Origin: an uncultured virus (IMG/VR IMGVR_UViG_3300030060_005186)
Taxonomy: Duplodnaviria > Heunggongvirae > Uroviricota > Caudoviricetes
Strand: one strand, 5' to 3'
DNA: 54,004 bases
Virus record (IMG/VR): IMGVR_UViG_3300030060_005186
A program made the translations under genes and the position numbers. Positions 28,471 through 38,499 of the stretch are shown one piece after another. Positions within the stretch are counted from its first letter, which is position 1. Each line of letters begins with the position of its first letter. The notes beneath the pieces are model-generated. The model was not told the origin of the DNA. It did no database searches and saw nothing but the letters and a program-made list of their open reading frames with translations.

Positions 28471-30450
28471 ATGACTTGGGAGAGATACAAGGACAATTAC
28501 GGGGCTAGAGTCGCTCTCAAATTTCCCTACGATGAGAAAGCCAAGAATGCTCTCAAAAACAGCATAGGCTTTCCGGGAGTCAAATGGGACAGTATGAAAA
28601 AGGCTTGGTCGATACGTGACAAGCCCGCTGACCTGAACACCGCGCTAGAGATACTTGCAGATTATGGCTACCATTTTCATGGTTTGGAGGCACAGGAGTA
28701 CGTCGATGAGGATACTGAGGTCGAAGTGCTTTGTACAGGCAATAAACTCCGCATGAGATGGGGCTACAAGCCTAATTACGCTGACATCAACGATGGGGTG
28801 AAATCCTGCGGACAAGCCAAGTTCGACAAAGGTAGCAAGGAGTGGGTCATACCCATCATTGCTGGGTTGGAAGTAGCCAAAGCAGTAGAGCCTCATTACA
28901 AGGCACTTCATGATGCTATTATGGCAGTGCCGGAAGTAGGTGAAGCGCACAGTAACATGGCTGAGAGAGTTCTACTGAGCAGTGCTGTAGAAGCAGAGCA
29001 ACTTTGGCTGGCTGGTTTGAAGAACATGGAGGACGTGAGGCCATATCAATGGGTAGCACCGAATATGTTTGCCACTGGTGGACAGAAGCGACTACTGCTA
29101 GCAGATGAGATGGGGTTGGGGAAGTCTCTCCAAGCGTTACTATGTGTTCTCTCAGGGCAATTCGAGAGGACTCTGATAGTATGCCCCTCAGTCGTCAAGG
29201 TCAATTGGGCTAACGAAGTAGAGAAGTGGACGGACTTACAGTCTACCATCGTCTACGGACAGAAGGACGTAGATTCACGAACGGAAATAGTTAACGCGCC
29301 GGGTTTGACGTACCCACAGGCGGATGTGGTTATAATCAATTACGATTTGCTACAACACAGAGTGGATGAGTTGCTGGATATGGACTTCCAGTGCATTATC
29401 TTCGATGAGTGCCACAACCTGAAGAACCCCAAATCGAATAGGACTAAGGCAGCGAAGATGCTAGCGAGATGGCCTACAGTAGACGGTATCATCTCCATGT
29501 CAGGTACACCTATCCTGAACAGACCAGAGGAGATATTCACTACGCTGAATATGCTGAAACCCGAGTCATTCGGTGATTACTTCATCTTCGGAAAGAAGTA
29601 CTGTGCTGCTATTCACAATGGATATGGTTGGGACTTCGGTGGTGCTAGCAACATAGAAGTCAGTGAAGACGGCAAGACAATACCACTGAATCACCTGTTG
29701 AAGGACGTCATGCTACGGAGGTCGATGGATGACCCACGCCTCAGCGAGCAGATGCCTGACTTGCTAGAGACCATATTGGAAGTAGAAGTGGATAAGAAGG
29801 CATACGATGAAGCCTACAACACTTGCATGGACCACTTAGAGCATTATAGGACGACAGGGTCTGGTTCGATACCACCCGGTTTCCTCCTGAATATCCTGAC
29901 GGAGTTGAGACACGCTGCTGGTAGAGCCAAGATAGACACTGCTGTGAATTGGGCAGTTGATTACTACACCCAGACAGGCAAGCCGTTGGTCATCTTTGCT
30001 CACCATAAAGACGTAGTGAGTTCTATAGAGAAAGGACTGAATCTCAAGGCTCAATGTGGTCTTATCACAGGCTCCACAGCAGACAAGGATAGGCAGAGAA
30101 TCATCACAGGGTTCCAAGAAGGCAAGGTGCAGTTCCTGATTTGCAGCACATTGGCAATGAAGGAAGGTGTGAACCTAGATGCGGCTGACACCGCACTGTT
30201 CGTAGAAAGGCAGTGGGTACCAGCACACGAAAAGCAGGCGGCGGCTCGAGTCAGGAGACTGACACAGGAGAGTGCCGTCTGTCATAAGGTGGTCCTAAGT
30301 GCCAAGGACACCGTAGACACCCACTTCGACAAGGTAGTGAGTGAGAAAGCAGCCATTGTAGAGGCTGCATTAGATGGCACGGAAGAGGACAAGACGGCAA
30401 TCGCTAGAGCCGTCGCAGAAGCCCTCCTAGAAGGGAGGAGAAAAATATGA
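28471..30450 (+). CDS. SNF2-family ATPase, SMARCAL1/HARP-like annealing helicase
   Basis: LADEMGLGKS, DECH, SGTPILNRP, QAAARVRR; two N-terminal HARP-like repeats. Confidence 0.88.
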   Translation: MTWERYKDNYGARVALKFPYDEKAKNALKNSIGFPGVKWDSMKKAWSIRDKPADLNTALEILADYGYHFHGLEAQEYVDEDTEVEVLCTGNKLRMRWGYKPNYADINDGVKSCGQAKFDKGSKEWVIPIIAGLEVAKAVEPHYKALHDAIMAVPEVGEAHSNMAERVLLSSAVEAEQLWLAGLKNMEDVRPYQWVAPNMFATGGQKRLLLADEMGLGKSLQALLCVLSGQFERTLIVCPSVVKVNWANEVEKWTDLQSTIVYGQKDVDSRTEIVNAPGLTYPQADVVIINYDLLQHRVDELLDMDFQCIIFDECHNLKNPKSNRTKAAKMLARWPTVDGIISMSGTPILNRPEEIFTTLNMLKPESFGDYFIFGKKYCAAIHNGYGWDFGGASNIEVSEDGKTIPLNHLLKDVMLRRSMDDPRLSEQMPDLLETILEVEVDKKAYDEAYNTCMDHLEHYRTTGSGSIPPGFLLNILTELRHAAGRAKIDTAVNWAVDYYTQTGKPLVIFAHHKDVVSSIEKGLNLKAQCGLITGSTADKDRQRIITGFQEGKVQFLICSTLAMKEGVNLDAADTALFVERQWVPAHEKQAAARVRRLTQESAVCHKVVLSAKDTVDTHFDKVVSEKAAIVEAALDGTEEDKTAIARAVAEALLEGRRKI

Positions 30451-30818
30451 ACGGAAGAATAAGAGAAGAATATGTAGAAAGAATAACGAAAGCGAAGAGC
30501 GTGAAGCACGCTGAGTACGAGATACTCAAGATACTGCTCTATGATGGCTGGAGGCCAATAGACCAAATCCATCTAGACAGGCTGTATTGCAAGTTAGTGC
30601 CTGAATTAGATAAGGACCATAGAGATGCGGGCAAGACTTCACACTTCGGGTACCGTGATAGACATGCAGCAAAGCGCTTCGATACAGCGTGTAAGAACAT
30701 AAGCACTGTCATGCGTACCATGCTCTCCAAAAGAGTAAAGCACCTCCCCGACAACCACCAAGACGCGGTGTCGGAAGAAGAATGGTGGGAACTCGATAAG
30801 ATGAGGTCAGTGAGATGA
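30447..30818 (+). CDS. Hypothetical protein
   Basis: ATGA overlap; GGAGG RBS. Confidence 0.65.
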   Translation: MNGRIREEYVERITKAKSVKHAEYEILKILLYDGWRPIDQIHLDRLYCKLVPELDKDHRDAGKTSHFGYRDRHAAKRFDTACKNISTVMRTMLSKRVKHLPDNHQDAVSEEEWWELDKMRSVR

Positions 30819-31144
30819 AAGAAATAACAGATAAAATGAATGCAATTGAATTGCAAACAAAAGAATTACTAGAGAAAGCCCAGATTCTGGAAAACCAGAA
30901 AGTCCTGATGACTACACTCATGGAATGTAGCCAATTTGACCATACGTGGGAGATAGGCAACATAACGAGCACACTAACTGAGGTTCATCAGATAGACGTG
31001 TATTGTACGAGATGCGGTTCTACCGCTAACTTCGTCGCGAATGTCGCACACCGAGAAAGGGGGCATCTGGTGGAGTCTCGTCCAATACCAATCTTTGCTC
31101 GCACTGAGGAGCGATTGAGCAAACTGGTGGGGGAAGAAGAATGA
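30815..31144 (+). CDS. Hypothetical protein with coiled coil and C/H metal motif
   Basis: C...H...CTRC. Confidence 0.6.
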   Translation: MKEITDKMNAIELQTKELLEKAQILENQKVLMTTLMECSQFDHTWEIGNITSTLTEVHQIDVYCTRCGSTANFVANVAHRERGHLVESRPIPIFARTEERLSKLVGEEE

Positions 31145-31431
31145 ACCCTAACATAGCGGACTTAGGTAAGGAAAGACCTAGTGTGTTGCATGATGACCAA
31201 GGTGGGCTATACCCTGTCATACTCAGCACGCGGCAGATAGACATAGACCCCGACAAGCGTTATCTCTACGACTGCCCGAACTGCTACGCACATATTGGCC
31301 CGGACAGTTGGTTGTTCTATGTAGAGCGACCTTTCGTTGACGGGTCAAGAGATGCAAGTGAGCCACCCATGTGGTGTCTCGCGTGCCCAGAATGTGAGCA
31401 TTACTGCTTTGCTAGTGAGGAGGACGAATAA
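31141..31431 (+). CDS. Zn-ribbon protein
   Basis: CPNC...CPEC. Confidence 0.65.
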   Translation: MNPNIADLGKERPSVLHDDQGGLYPVILSTRQIDIDPDKRYLYDCPNCYAHIGPDSWLFYVERPFVDGSRDASEPPMWCLACPECEHYCFASEEDE

Positions 31432-32120
31432 TGGAGGCATGGGAGCCTACAGAGGGTGACGTGACTTGGACCCAAGGCGTCTTGGACACTCTAGAGGATG
31501 GGCAAGATTGGATGGAAGGCGAAATGGCCTTCAGGAAGACCGGGGACAAGGAGTTGAAATTGCTGACAAGGACGGAGCGGGCTTCGTTCGCAATAGAGCG
31601 TGTGAAAATCGTAGTCGAGGGTCTCGGTTGGACTCTGGATGAGTCAGAGGCGAAGATAATCCCAGATGACCCCATGCTGGCTGCACAGATGATGCAAGTA
31701 GAGGCTGAATCATGGTGTTGCCCGAAGTGTGAGGAACACAAGGTGGTCAATATGGATTTAGAGGCTGCTACATGGCATTTGATGGGGCAGAGTGTATATG
31801 TGGATGAGGATGGCAATTCCGTCCAGACACCTCGATGGGTCGTGGAGATTATCTGCCCCTGTGAGGAGAAGGTCTACGTCAGTCCTGATGACTACCTCCT
31901 AGTCGCAGGTGAGATAAATTTCTACACGTGGAACGTCGACAATAAGACGTTGCGAGTGATGACTCCAGAACAGATAACGGAGTGCGCGGATAATGAAACT
32001 CTTAGTAAAATTAACGCTCAACACTTGGGAACCACTTATGAGGGAAACACCGTACCGCCTCATCTACGAGGGACCTTCTGCTTAATTGTAGAGAAATCCC
32101 CGCTTGAGGAAGAAGAATGA
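31431..32120 (+). CDS. Hypothetical protein with Zn-binding motifs
   Basis: CPKC...CPC; TAATG overlap. Confidence 0.7.
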   Translation: MEAWEPTEGDVTWTQGVLDTLEDGQDWMEGEMAFRKTGDKELKLLTRTERASFAIERVKIVVEGLGWTLDESEAKIIPDDPMLAAQMMQVEAESWCCPKCEEHKVVNMDLEAATWHLMGQSVYVDEDGNSVQTPRWVVEIICPCEEKVYVSPDDYLLVAGEINFYTWNVDNKTLRVMTPEQITECADNETLSKINAQHLGTTYEGNTVPPHLRGTFCLIVEKSPLEEEE

Positions 32121-32599
32121 GTCGAACTTTCAGGATAAGACAACGCGTGAAGAAGTTTATGATGGACGGAGTGGACATACCAACGAACATCATATTTGAC
32201 CACATCAATGAGACTCTGTCGTGGGGTGTGACCATGCAACAGTTGGGTAATATCCTCTCTAAGGACAAGGACATCATATGCACCGGCTCTGTAAGAAAGA
32301 AGGGGAGCGTGGCAGGCACATACACCATCAACACGTGGTCTCTAACTGATAAGTACAAGGAAGACAACAAGGACGTTACCGCAGAGACTCTAGTCGCGAA
32401 CATCCACAAGTGGTTGAGTGAACAAGAGCCGGGGGAGTATGTAGCAAAGGATATCCGAAAAGGCGTGGGTGGAGTAAATCTCAGCACTGAAATCTTCCGA
32501 CTCGTATGTGCGCAGGCACCTGAGTGGTTAGAGATACAGAACAGGTACAAGAAGAACAGAGGGTGTGTGACGTATGTCGTCCTACCACGAAGTTCATAG
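32117..32599 (+). CDS. Putative winged-helix DNA-binding protein
   Basis: TNIIFDHIN...GVTMQQLGNILSK helix pattern followed by beta-wing-like TW. Confidence 0.5.
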   Translation: MSRTFRIRQRVKKFMMDGVDIPTNIIFDHINETLSWGVTMQQLGNILSKDKDIICTGSVRKKGSVAGTYTINTWSLTDKYKEDNKDVTAETLVANIHKWLSEQEPGEYVAKDIRKGVGGVNLSTEIFRLVCAQAPEWLEIQNRYKKNRGCVTYVVLPRSS

Positions 32600-32621
32600 A
32601 CTAGTCCATTCTGGTCAGGCT

Positions 32622-33962
32622 ATGAGGTTGGATGAAGCAGCAAATGCCATTGCCGCTGTCAATACTGACAAAGGCAACCCGCGTGCGCAAGAGCGCACCC
32701 TCTACGATTTGCTGAGTGCACGTGAAGGAGACTTGGTCGAATTCTGCTCTTTGCTCTATGGCCCGGCTCTAGTGACGCCGGAACAGGTAATGAGTGCCCT
32801 CCATCGCTCCTACGCAATATTCCCAGAGGAATTCGAGTTGATAGAAGGTACCCCATTGGTACCTAGCCTAGTCTCGGAATCACCAGATGAATGTGACGTG
32901 CAACTAACCATCCCGGAAGCACTCAACCTCATGAAGTCGATAGGGAGTGGAGTAGACATTCAGACTGTCATATCCAGCATGGATAAAATCTCTGCTAATG
33001 TCCTATGGAGACGAGCGTTGGGAGAGACGCCTGCAATACCTAGGAAAAGACTGTTGAGAGCAGTAGCACATGGTGGAGGGAAATACAACCCTGAGAGATT
33101 GACTAGCGCTCTTGCAGTAGAGCCACTAGAGGAAGTTCTGCTCAAAGCATTCAAGGGAGAACTCTCCCAGAACTTCGCAATCGAACCCGGCCATCCATTC
33201 AAAGCGCCTTCGTTCAGTGCTTGGCGCTATTGGTCTCCCCCTTTCAAAAACACACACTATGAGAAGGTGAGCGGGGCTAGATACTACGCGCACAAGGTCC
33301 AAGGAGAAGTTTTCCTTTACAACAGTCAAGGGGAGATGGTGGAAAGAGACCCGCCTCAAATCACGTACGATGGTGATTGCGTAGCCCTCGTAAGTGAGCA
33401 GGGTGACGTTCTTGAGTGGCTCCATACTGATGAGGAGCCTGAATTATGGAAGAGTGAGCACGCAGACAGGGCTGTTGCACCCAAGAGGGTCAAGGACGGG
33501 CAGCACCTTCGCCAACTCTGTGAGTCCTTACAGGAGGGAGAGGTACTGAGACTGATAGATGCAGATAGACCTCATATCCACAACCAGCACAAAGGTGGTT
33601 TCATATTGCCAAGGAGAGTCTATGAATTACCCCTTCTCATCACGGAGGGGAAAGTGAAGAGTGATGGTGTCTGGGTATCCCTCAAGATAGAAGCGATGGA
33701 CGGTTTCGACCCCATCCCTGTCGGATATGCCAACATAAAGAGGAATTACATCCCAGACAACCCCATATTGAAAGAAGCGACTGGTAAATTTGTCTGGAGC
33801 AAACTAGAACCCCCTCTCGTTGGCTCTTTCCATGCTTTGAGAGTGAGAAAGGGTAAATTAGAGGGTGCCAACCTAGTTGCCTTGGAAACGAGCAAAGGAA
33901 TGAACGACGTTATGCAATATGGGGACTTATGGAGTATTGATGGTGATGGACAGGCACGATGA
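32622..33962 (+). CDS. Divergent ATP-dependent DNA ligase-like protein
   Basis: PGHPFKAP...EKVSGARYYAHK..EVFLYNSQG resembles motif I KxDGxR; helical N-terminal domain and OB-like C-terminus; start reassigned from TATA spacing. Confidence 0.55.
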   Translation: MRLDEAANAIAAVNTDKGNPRAQERTLYDLLSAREGDLVEFCSLLYGPALVTPEQVMSALHRSYAIFPEEFELIEGTPLVPSLVSESPDECDVQLTIPEALNLMKSIGSGVDIQTVISSMDKISANVLWRRALGETPAIPRKRLLRAVAHGGGKYNPERLTSALAVEPLEEVLLKAFKGELSQNFAIEPGHPFKAPSFSAWRYWSPPFKNTHYEKVSGARYYAHKVQGEVFLYNSQGEMVERDPPQITYDGDCVALVSEQGDVLEWLHTDEEPELWKSEHADRAVAPKRVKDGQHLRQLCESLQEGEVLRLIDADRPHIHNQHKGGFILPRRVYELPLLITEGKVKSDGVWVSLKIEAMDGFDPIPVGYANIKRNYIPDNPILKEATGKFVWSKLEPPLVGSFHALRVRKGKLEGANLVALETSKGMNDVMQYGDLWSIDGDGQAR

Positions 33963-34302
33963 CTTCTTCCTAGGATGGTTAGCGCGTGATGCGCGTTTCC
34001 AAGCGAGCGTCCACTTCGCACCTAAGACCAAACTAGGATATACCATTCACAGGAAGGTCTACACCAGCATGAACGACGAGCCGGAATTGAACCTCTGGAT
34101 GGCCTCGCAAGGAGTGCATGGCAGAGTGTTGAGAGACACCAAGCAGATACATAGGGTAATTGACCTCCTAGAGCCCGTCTGGAGCGCTGTGAAGGACCGA
34201 GATAACCTCGAGAGGCTCTTGACCACTATGGAGGCTTCAACAGCGCGTAAAATGGGCCATACGGAGATGGAGCAAATAATCTCAAGACTTGATTATCTAT
34301 AG
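33940..34302 (+). CDS. Degenerate single-motif LAGLIDADG-fold protein
   Basis: FFLGWLARDARFQASV...KLGYTI resembles an I-CreI-like N-terminus. Confidence 0.4.
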   Translation: MVMDRHDDFFLGWLARDARFQASVHFAPKTKLGYTIHRKVYTSMNDEPELNLWMASQGVHGRVLRDTKQIHRVIDLLEPVWSAVKDRDNLERLLTTMEASTARKMGHTEMEQIISRLDYL

Positions 34303-34337
34303 AAGAAAGATAACAAGAAAACAAGAATATTGCGAAT

Positions 34338-34345
34338 GTTTATAG
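34338..34345 (+). promoter_or_regulatory. TATA box (GTTTATAG)
   Basis: 34 nt upstream of ATG 34372. Confidence 0.65.
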
Positions 34346-34371
34346 TCCTGTTTCGCCCGAGGGCAGGTTCC

Positions 34372-35238
34372 ATGCGATTAGAAGAGATGGTTCACGATGA
34401 AGAACACCCCCTCAGAGCAATCAAGGACATGCTTGCGTGGGGAAAGTGCCCCGACTTACTACTCTACGGCCCTCCCGGCACAGGGAAGACGACTACCGCA
34501 CACGCTATCTCTTACGAGATAGGTGCTGACATCTATGAGTTCAATGCCTCTGATGAGCGTGGTATAGACTTCATACGCACGCGAGTGAAGCAAGTAGCCA
34601 CACAGAGGGGTTACGGCGAGCACACCATCATTCTCCTCGATGAGGCTGACGGGCTCACCAAGCAAGCACAAGACGCTCTCAGGCGCATCATAGAGACGGG
34701 ACATGGACTCTTCATACTGACAGCGAACGAGCCTGCGAATATCATACCTGCATTAAAGTCACGTTGCGTCTCATACGCATTTAGGCCATACAATGCGAAA
34801 GAGGTCGAGATGTTCCTGCCTGATTGGGCTAAACCTCTAGCAGTAGAGACATGTAACGCGTATAATGGAGATTTGAGGAGAATATCTCTAGCCGTGGAGT
34901 CTGTGAATGAGGACTTTGACGGTTTGAAAGAGATGGCCGGAGCAGCGGCCAAGGCCTATTCTGACCCCGCCTTGTCGCTAGTTGGTGGGGATTGGGAGGG
35001 ACTCAGGAAGGAGTTGCAGGCCTTAGAGGCCCAACACCCCTCCTCGAATACCGCATTATTGAACAGGTTGCACCAAAAAGTGCGACAACTTGATATGGAG
35101 CCTACTAGGTTCCATCACTATTCCCGCATCTGGGGAGATGCAGTGTTAGCCGCCCATCAATGGCCCCTCTCACAAGAGGGATTCATTGACTGGTTCGTGG
35201 GTAGCCTCGCTTCCCTGTGGGACGGAAAAGAAGAGTGA
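34372..35238 (+). CDS. rfcS: Replication factor C small subunit-like clamp loader
   Basis: GPPGTGKT, NASDERGID, LLDEAD, QDALRR, LKSRC. Confidence 0.92.
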   Translation: MRLEEMVHDEEHPLRAIKDMLAWGKCPDLLLYGPPGTGKTTTAHAISYEIGADIYEFNASDERGIDFIRTRVKQVATQRGYGEHTIILLDEADGLTKQAQDALRRIIETGHGLFILTANEPANIIPALKSRCVSYAFRPYNAKEVEMFLPDWAKPLAVETCNAYNGDLRRISLAVESVNEDFDGLKEMAGAAAKAYSDPALSLVGGDWEGLRKELQALEAQHPSSNTALLNRLHQKVRQLDMEPTRFHHYSRIWGDAVLAAHQWPLSQEGFIDWFVGSLASLWDGKEE

Positions 35239-35242
35239 AAAA

Positions 35243-36556
35243 ATGAGTGAAGAAAGTTTGCCGGAAGAAGTAAAAGAAAGACTGCGGTGGTATGCAGAAC
35301 AACATAGCATTGAGGAAAAAGAAGCGACAAAGCATTATCTTGAGTACATAGAAGAGCATTTAGGGATAGTCAATCCGAACGAAGAAGATGAAGACTTCCT
35401 AGTGGATGCTGCTGAGACCTTCGTCGTCGAGCGAAGGGTCATGCAGAGCCCCGGCGGGGCCAGTATCGAACTAGTTGGTTGTTTCGTTGCAGTAGAGCCA
35501 AAAATGCGAGACAAGAGAGCCAATGTGAGGGAGAAGGCCCTCTCAGCGGCTCGAAGGGACCTAAGTGCCGCCATTGAAGATGGAGTGGTAGCACGTGCAT
35601 TCGTCGAGAATGGGGTATGGATGCTTGAGAAGGCTAATGGCATAGTAGCCTCCACACAAGAAAGGTTCGTAGAGGGTGAAGACCCATGGTTCCTAGTGAG
35701 GGACAGTGGGATGACCCTATGTCTGCTTCAGACTAACCCAGACTGGGCTAGGCATGGTGAGCCTATCGCACCCTCTCTATTCAGTAGGACTTACAGGTTC
35801 TTCGGAAACACCGAAGAGCGATTCACCGAGGACATTGCCCTATTGAGAATAGATGTCAGTGGGAATGATGAAGACTCTGTCTCGCATCCAGTGAAAACAG
35901 GCGCCCCTTGCCGTATCAAGGTGAGACCGCAGCCTGACACCGTGAACGAAGGCTGGGAAGACGTCTATAGAGGCATCAACAATTTCTTCAAGAATGTCAC
36001 CTACACAGACGATTTCGTAGACGAAGAAGACAGAGGAGCCTTGAGAGGTGATGTCATGATGTCAGGTATGCCATGTTACGTAGCAGACTTGTCTGACCTC
36101 ATGGAAGTGTACCAAAACGGCTCTGAGAAGATAGCAGGCATAGACAACCTAGTAGGCCCCTTGGTCTGCATCAAGGGAAAGGTCACTGATATCAACAGAA
36201 CTGGCTTTGACTCAGAATACGACCCTTGGGGTAAAGACTACACGATGAGGGTTTCTTCCTTCCAACTACAGAGGGAATTCGCTAATGATATGTGGCGTAA
36301 GGAAATCAACGTCAGAGTCCACGGATTCTTGAGTGACAGGAATCACGGATTCGACTACGAGGGACGTGAGGGCTGGAAGCCATACGCGGTCAAGTCGACT
36401 GTCTACATCTTTGGAAGATTGGGGATGAGGAAGACGGAAGACGGTGAAGCGCCTGCAATCAAGGCCACGGGAATATTCGCTGTACCTAGATTGGCCATAC
36501 CAGCCGGTGAGGGTGGGGACACAAGCCTAAACCAGTTTGGCGGTGGTGCTCAATGA
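35243..36556 (+). CDS. Putative ssDNA-binding (RPA/OB-fold-like) protein
   Basis: Position between clamp loader and ATPase; beta-rich IKGKVTDI and VYIFGRL strands; PIP-like C-terminal DTSLNQF. Confidence 0.45.
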   Translation: MSEESLPEEVKERLRWYAEQHSIEEKEATKHYLEYIEEHLGIVNPNEEDEDFLVDAAETFVVERRVMQSPGGASIELVGCFVAVEPKMRDKRANVREKALSAARRDLSAAIEDGVVARAFVENGVWMLEKANGIVASTQERFVEGEDPWFLVRDSGMTLCLLQTNPDWARHGEPIAPSLFSRTYRFFGNTEERFTEDIALLRIDVSGNDEDSVSHPVKTGAPCRIKVRPQPDTVNEGWEDVYRGINNFFKNVTYTDDFVDEEDRGALRGDVMMSGMPCYVADLSDLMEVYQNGSEKIAGIDNLVGPLVCIKGKVTDINRTGFDSEYDPWGKDYTMRVSSFQLQREFANDMWRKEINVRVHGFLSDRNHGFDYEGREGWKPYAVKSTVYIFGRLGMRKTEDGEAPAIKATGIFAVPRLAIPAGEGGDTSLNQFGGGAQ

Positions 36557-37551
36557 GTGGTTTTAAGGCTCTCAAAGAAAAGGCCCAGCAGGAGGAATCC
36601 AGCATAGAAAAGGCTTCCAAGGACTGGAAGAAGTCTCTGGAAAACGACCTAGGTCCTGCCCCAAAGCAACCTACTCCCATACAACCAATGCAGCAGAAAC
36701 CGAAGGAAACTGAGTGGTTCGCTGAGGAAGTCGCACCCATCACGGGTGATTTCGCCGGTATAGTCGGTGATGACGGCACCTGTAAGACTGCAGTGGTCTT
36801 CGATAGCATTCCCAAGGGGAAGTCCTGCCTAGTGATTGATTTCGACGGCGGTGGTGCTAAACTCCGAGATGCATTCTACGCAGATAGGCGCTCTGAGTTC
36901 AAGTGCCAGAATCCTTGGGTAATGCAAGATGAGGCTAGAACGGCCTACAACTACCCTGCTACACACGATAAGGTGATGGCAATAGGCAGAAGGGCTCTGG
37001 AGTGGGCACAGGCTCAGAACGAGTCTGGGTACACTGGTGAGAGCCTCCATACGGTCCTAGTGACTGCAGTGGACTTATGGGACTCAGTAGCCAGCGCTTG
37101 TATGTTCATCGAGGACTTAGGGACAGCCCCAGACGGAATAGGGGCTAAAATCAGCCCTCACGAGAAAGTGGGCATGAGGTTCAACTGGCAGATACGCAGC
37201 ACACGATTCCACCAATTAACGTCCCTATGCAGAGAATTGACCCGGCACGGTGTCAATGTCTACTACGAGACGCACTGGAACTACGAACAGACCAAGGAAG
37301 GCACCATGACAGGCAATAAGAAGCCTCGATGGGAGAAGCAGACGGCTAATTACCTACACACCATCATCGAGATGGGCTCAAAAGCAGTCAGAGACGATGA
37401 GGGGCGCTTGACAGGTGAAACACGCTATGAGGCCACTTTCACCAAATCACGCAGTCAGCCCAATATGCTGAATAAGACCAGACTCGTCATGACCACATTT
37501 GACGATGCAGACCACAAATGGCACGGTCTCCCTGAGTTGACGAGGGAGTGA
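36553..37551 (+). CDS. RecA/Sak4-like P-loop ATPase
   Basis: Walker A-like GDDGTCKT, VIDFDGG, Walker B-region VLVTAVD. Confidence 0.65.
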   Translation: MSGFKALKEKAQQEESSIEKASKDWKKSLENDLGPAPKQPTPIQPMQQKPKETEWFAEEVAPITGDFAGIVGDDGTCKTAVVFDSIPKGKSCLVIDFDGGGAKLRDAFYADRRSEFKCQNPWVMQDEARTAYNYPATHDKVMAIGRRALEWAQAQNESGYTGESLHTVLVTAVDLWDSVASACMFIEDLGTAPDGIGAKISPHEKVGMRFNWQIRSTRFHQLTSLCRELTRHGVNVYYETHWNYEQTKEGTMTGNKKPRWEKQTANYLHTIIEMGSKAVRDDEGRLTGETRYEATFTKSRSQPNMLNKTRLVMTTFDDADHKWHGLPELTRE

Positions 37552-37552
37552 G

Positions 37553-37756
37553 ATGGCTTGCAAGCGCTGCAATAGCCTAGGCGTCCTGATGAGGGTTGTA
37601 GACACCCTGCACGGTAAAGACTTCCACGCAGAACAGTGCGATTGTGAGTTGGAAGCCCAATATGAGGAGGACCGAAAAGTTCTTATACACGACGTATGCG
37701 AGGCGCCGCCAAAATCGGGGTACTGCTCTAAGGAGGGAGTAGAATCACCCGAGTGA
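37553..37756 (+). CDS. Small Cys-rich protein
   Basis: CKRC...CDC. Confidence 0.55.
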   Translation: MACKRCNSLGVLMRVVDTLHGKDFHAEQCDCELEAQYEEDRKVLIHDVCEAPPKSGYCSKEGVESPE

Positions 37757-38499
37757 ACATAGGTAAGGCCTCGCTGACCTCCTTCCTCACTGGATTCGGG
37801 CCGGGAGTAGGTGACCTACGCTTGACAGCAGGGCAGATGTCACTGAGGGGGACAGTGGCTCTGCCTACCCACCTACTGCACACCACCATCAGCGCTACGG
37901 TGGATGACAGCGGAGAGATAGTGATAGCCGACCTCGCAAAGGTCTTGGCTTTCATCAAATCCCTCCCCCAAGATGCCATGGTCACGCTATGGCAACCCAA
38001 GAAGGGACAACTACGTCTCATATCGGGCAATACGCAACTAAAACTACCCACTACGGATTACGTTCGCTCTTACAAGAGCGTCGAGAAGGCATCCATCCTC
38101 ATGAGTGAGGCCAAAGCCGCCCATTGGAAATCATGGGCAGGTAGGGCTCTTACGTGCTACGGTAAGATTGACGTGAAGCAGTTGCATCAAGTCAAGACCA
38201 TAGACAAGGTGCTAGGTAAAGATAAGCCAGTAGAAGCGGTGTTCCAGAGAGATGAGAAACTCTGGACTCTGAACGTAGGACACAAAGGCTCAGCGAGCAT
38301 GAGCATTGGTATCGACATGGAGGATTGTGATGGTCCGCCTGAGAGATGCGTGACTCACTTCGGTACATGGCTATCAGAGGCCCTGAACACTATCCCTCTC
38401 GGTACCGTAGAACTTTACACTGCCGATGATTACGTCGCCATATTCCGACACACCGAGAAGGACCACCTTCTACTGGTGATGGACAAGAGGGGTGAGTGA
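37753..38499 (+). CDS. Putative sliding clamp (PCNA/gp45-like)
   Basis: About 250 aa with a two-domain alpha/beta pattern; IADLAKVLAFIKSL helix; directly upstream of PolB, clamp loader nearby. Confidence 0.55.
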   Translation: MNIGKASLTSFLTGFGPGVGDLRLTAGQMSLRGTVALPTHLLHTTISATVDDSGEIVIADLAKVLAFIKSLPQDAMVTLWQPKKGQLRLISGNTQLKLPTTDYVRSYKSVEKASILMSEAKAAHWKSWAGRALTCYGKIDVKQLHQVKTIDKVLGKDKPVEAVFQRDEKLWTLNVGHKGSASMSIGIDMEDCDGPPERCVTHFGTWLSEALNTIPLGTVELYTADDYVAIFRHTEKDHLLLVMDKRGE

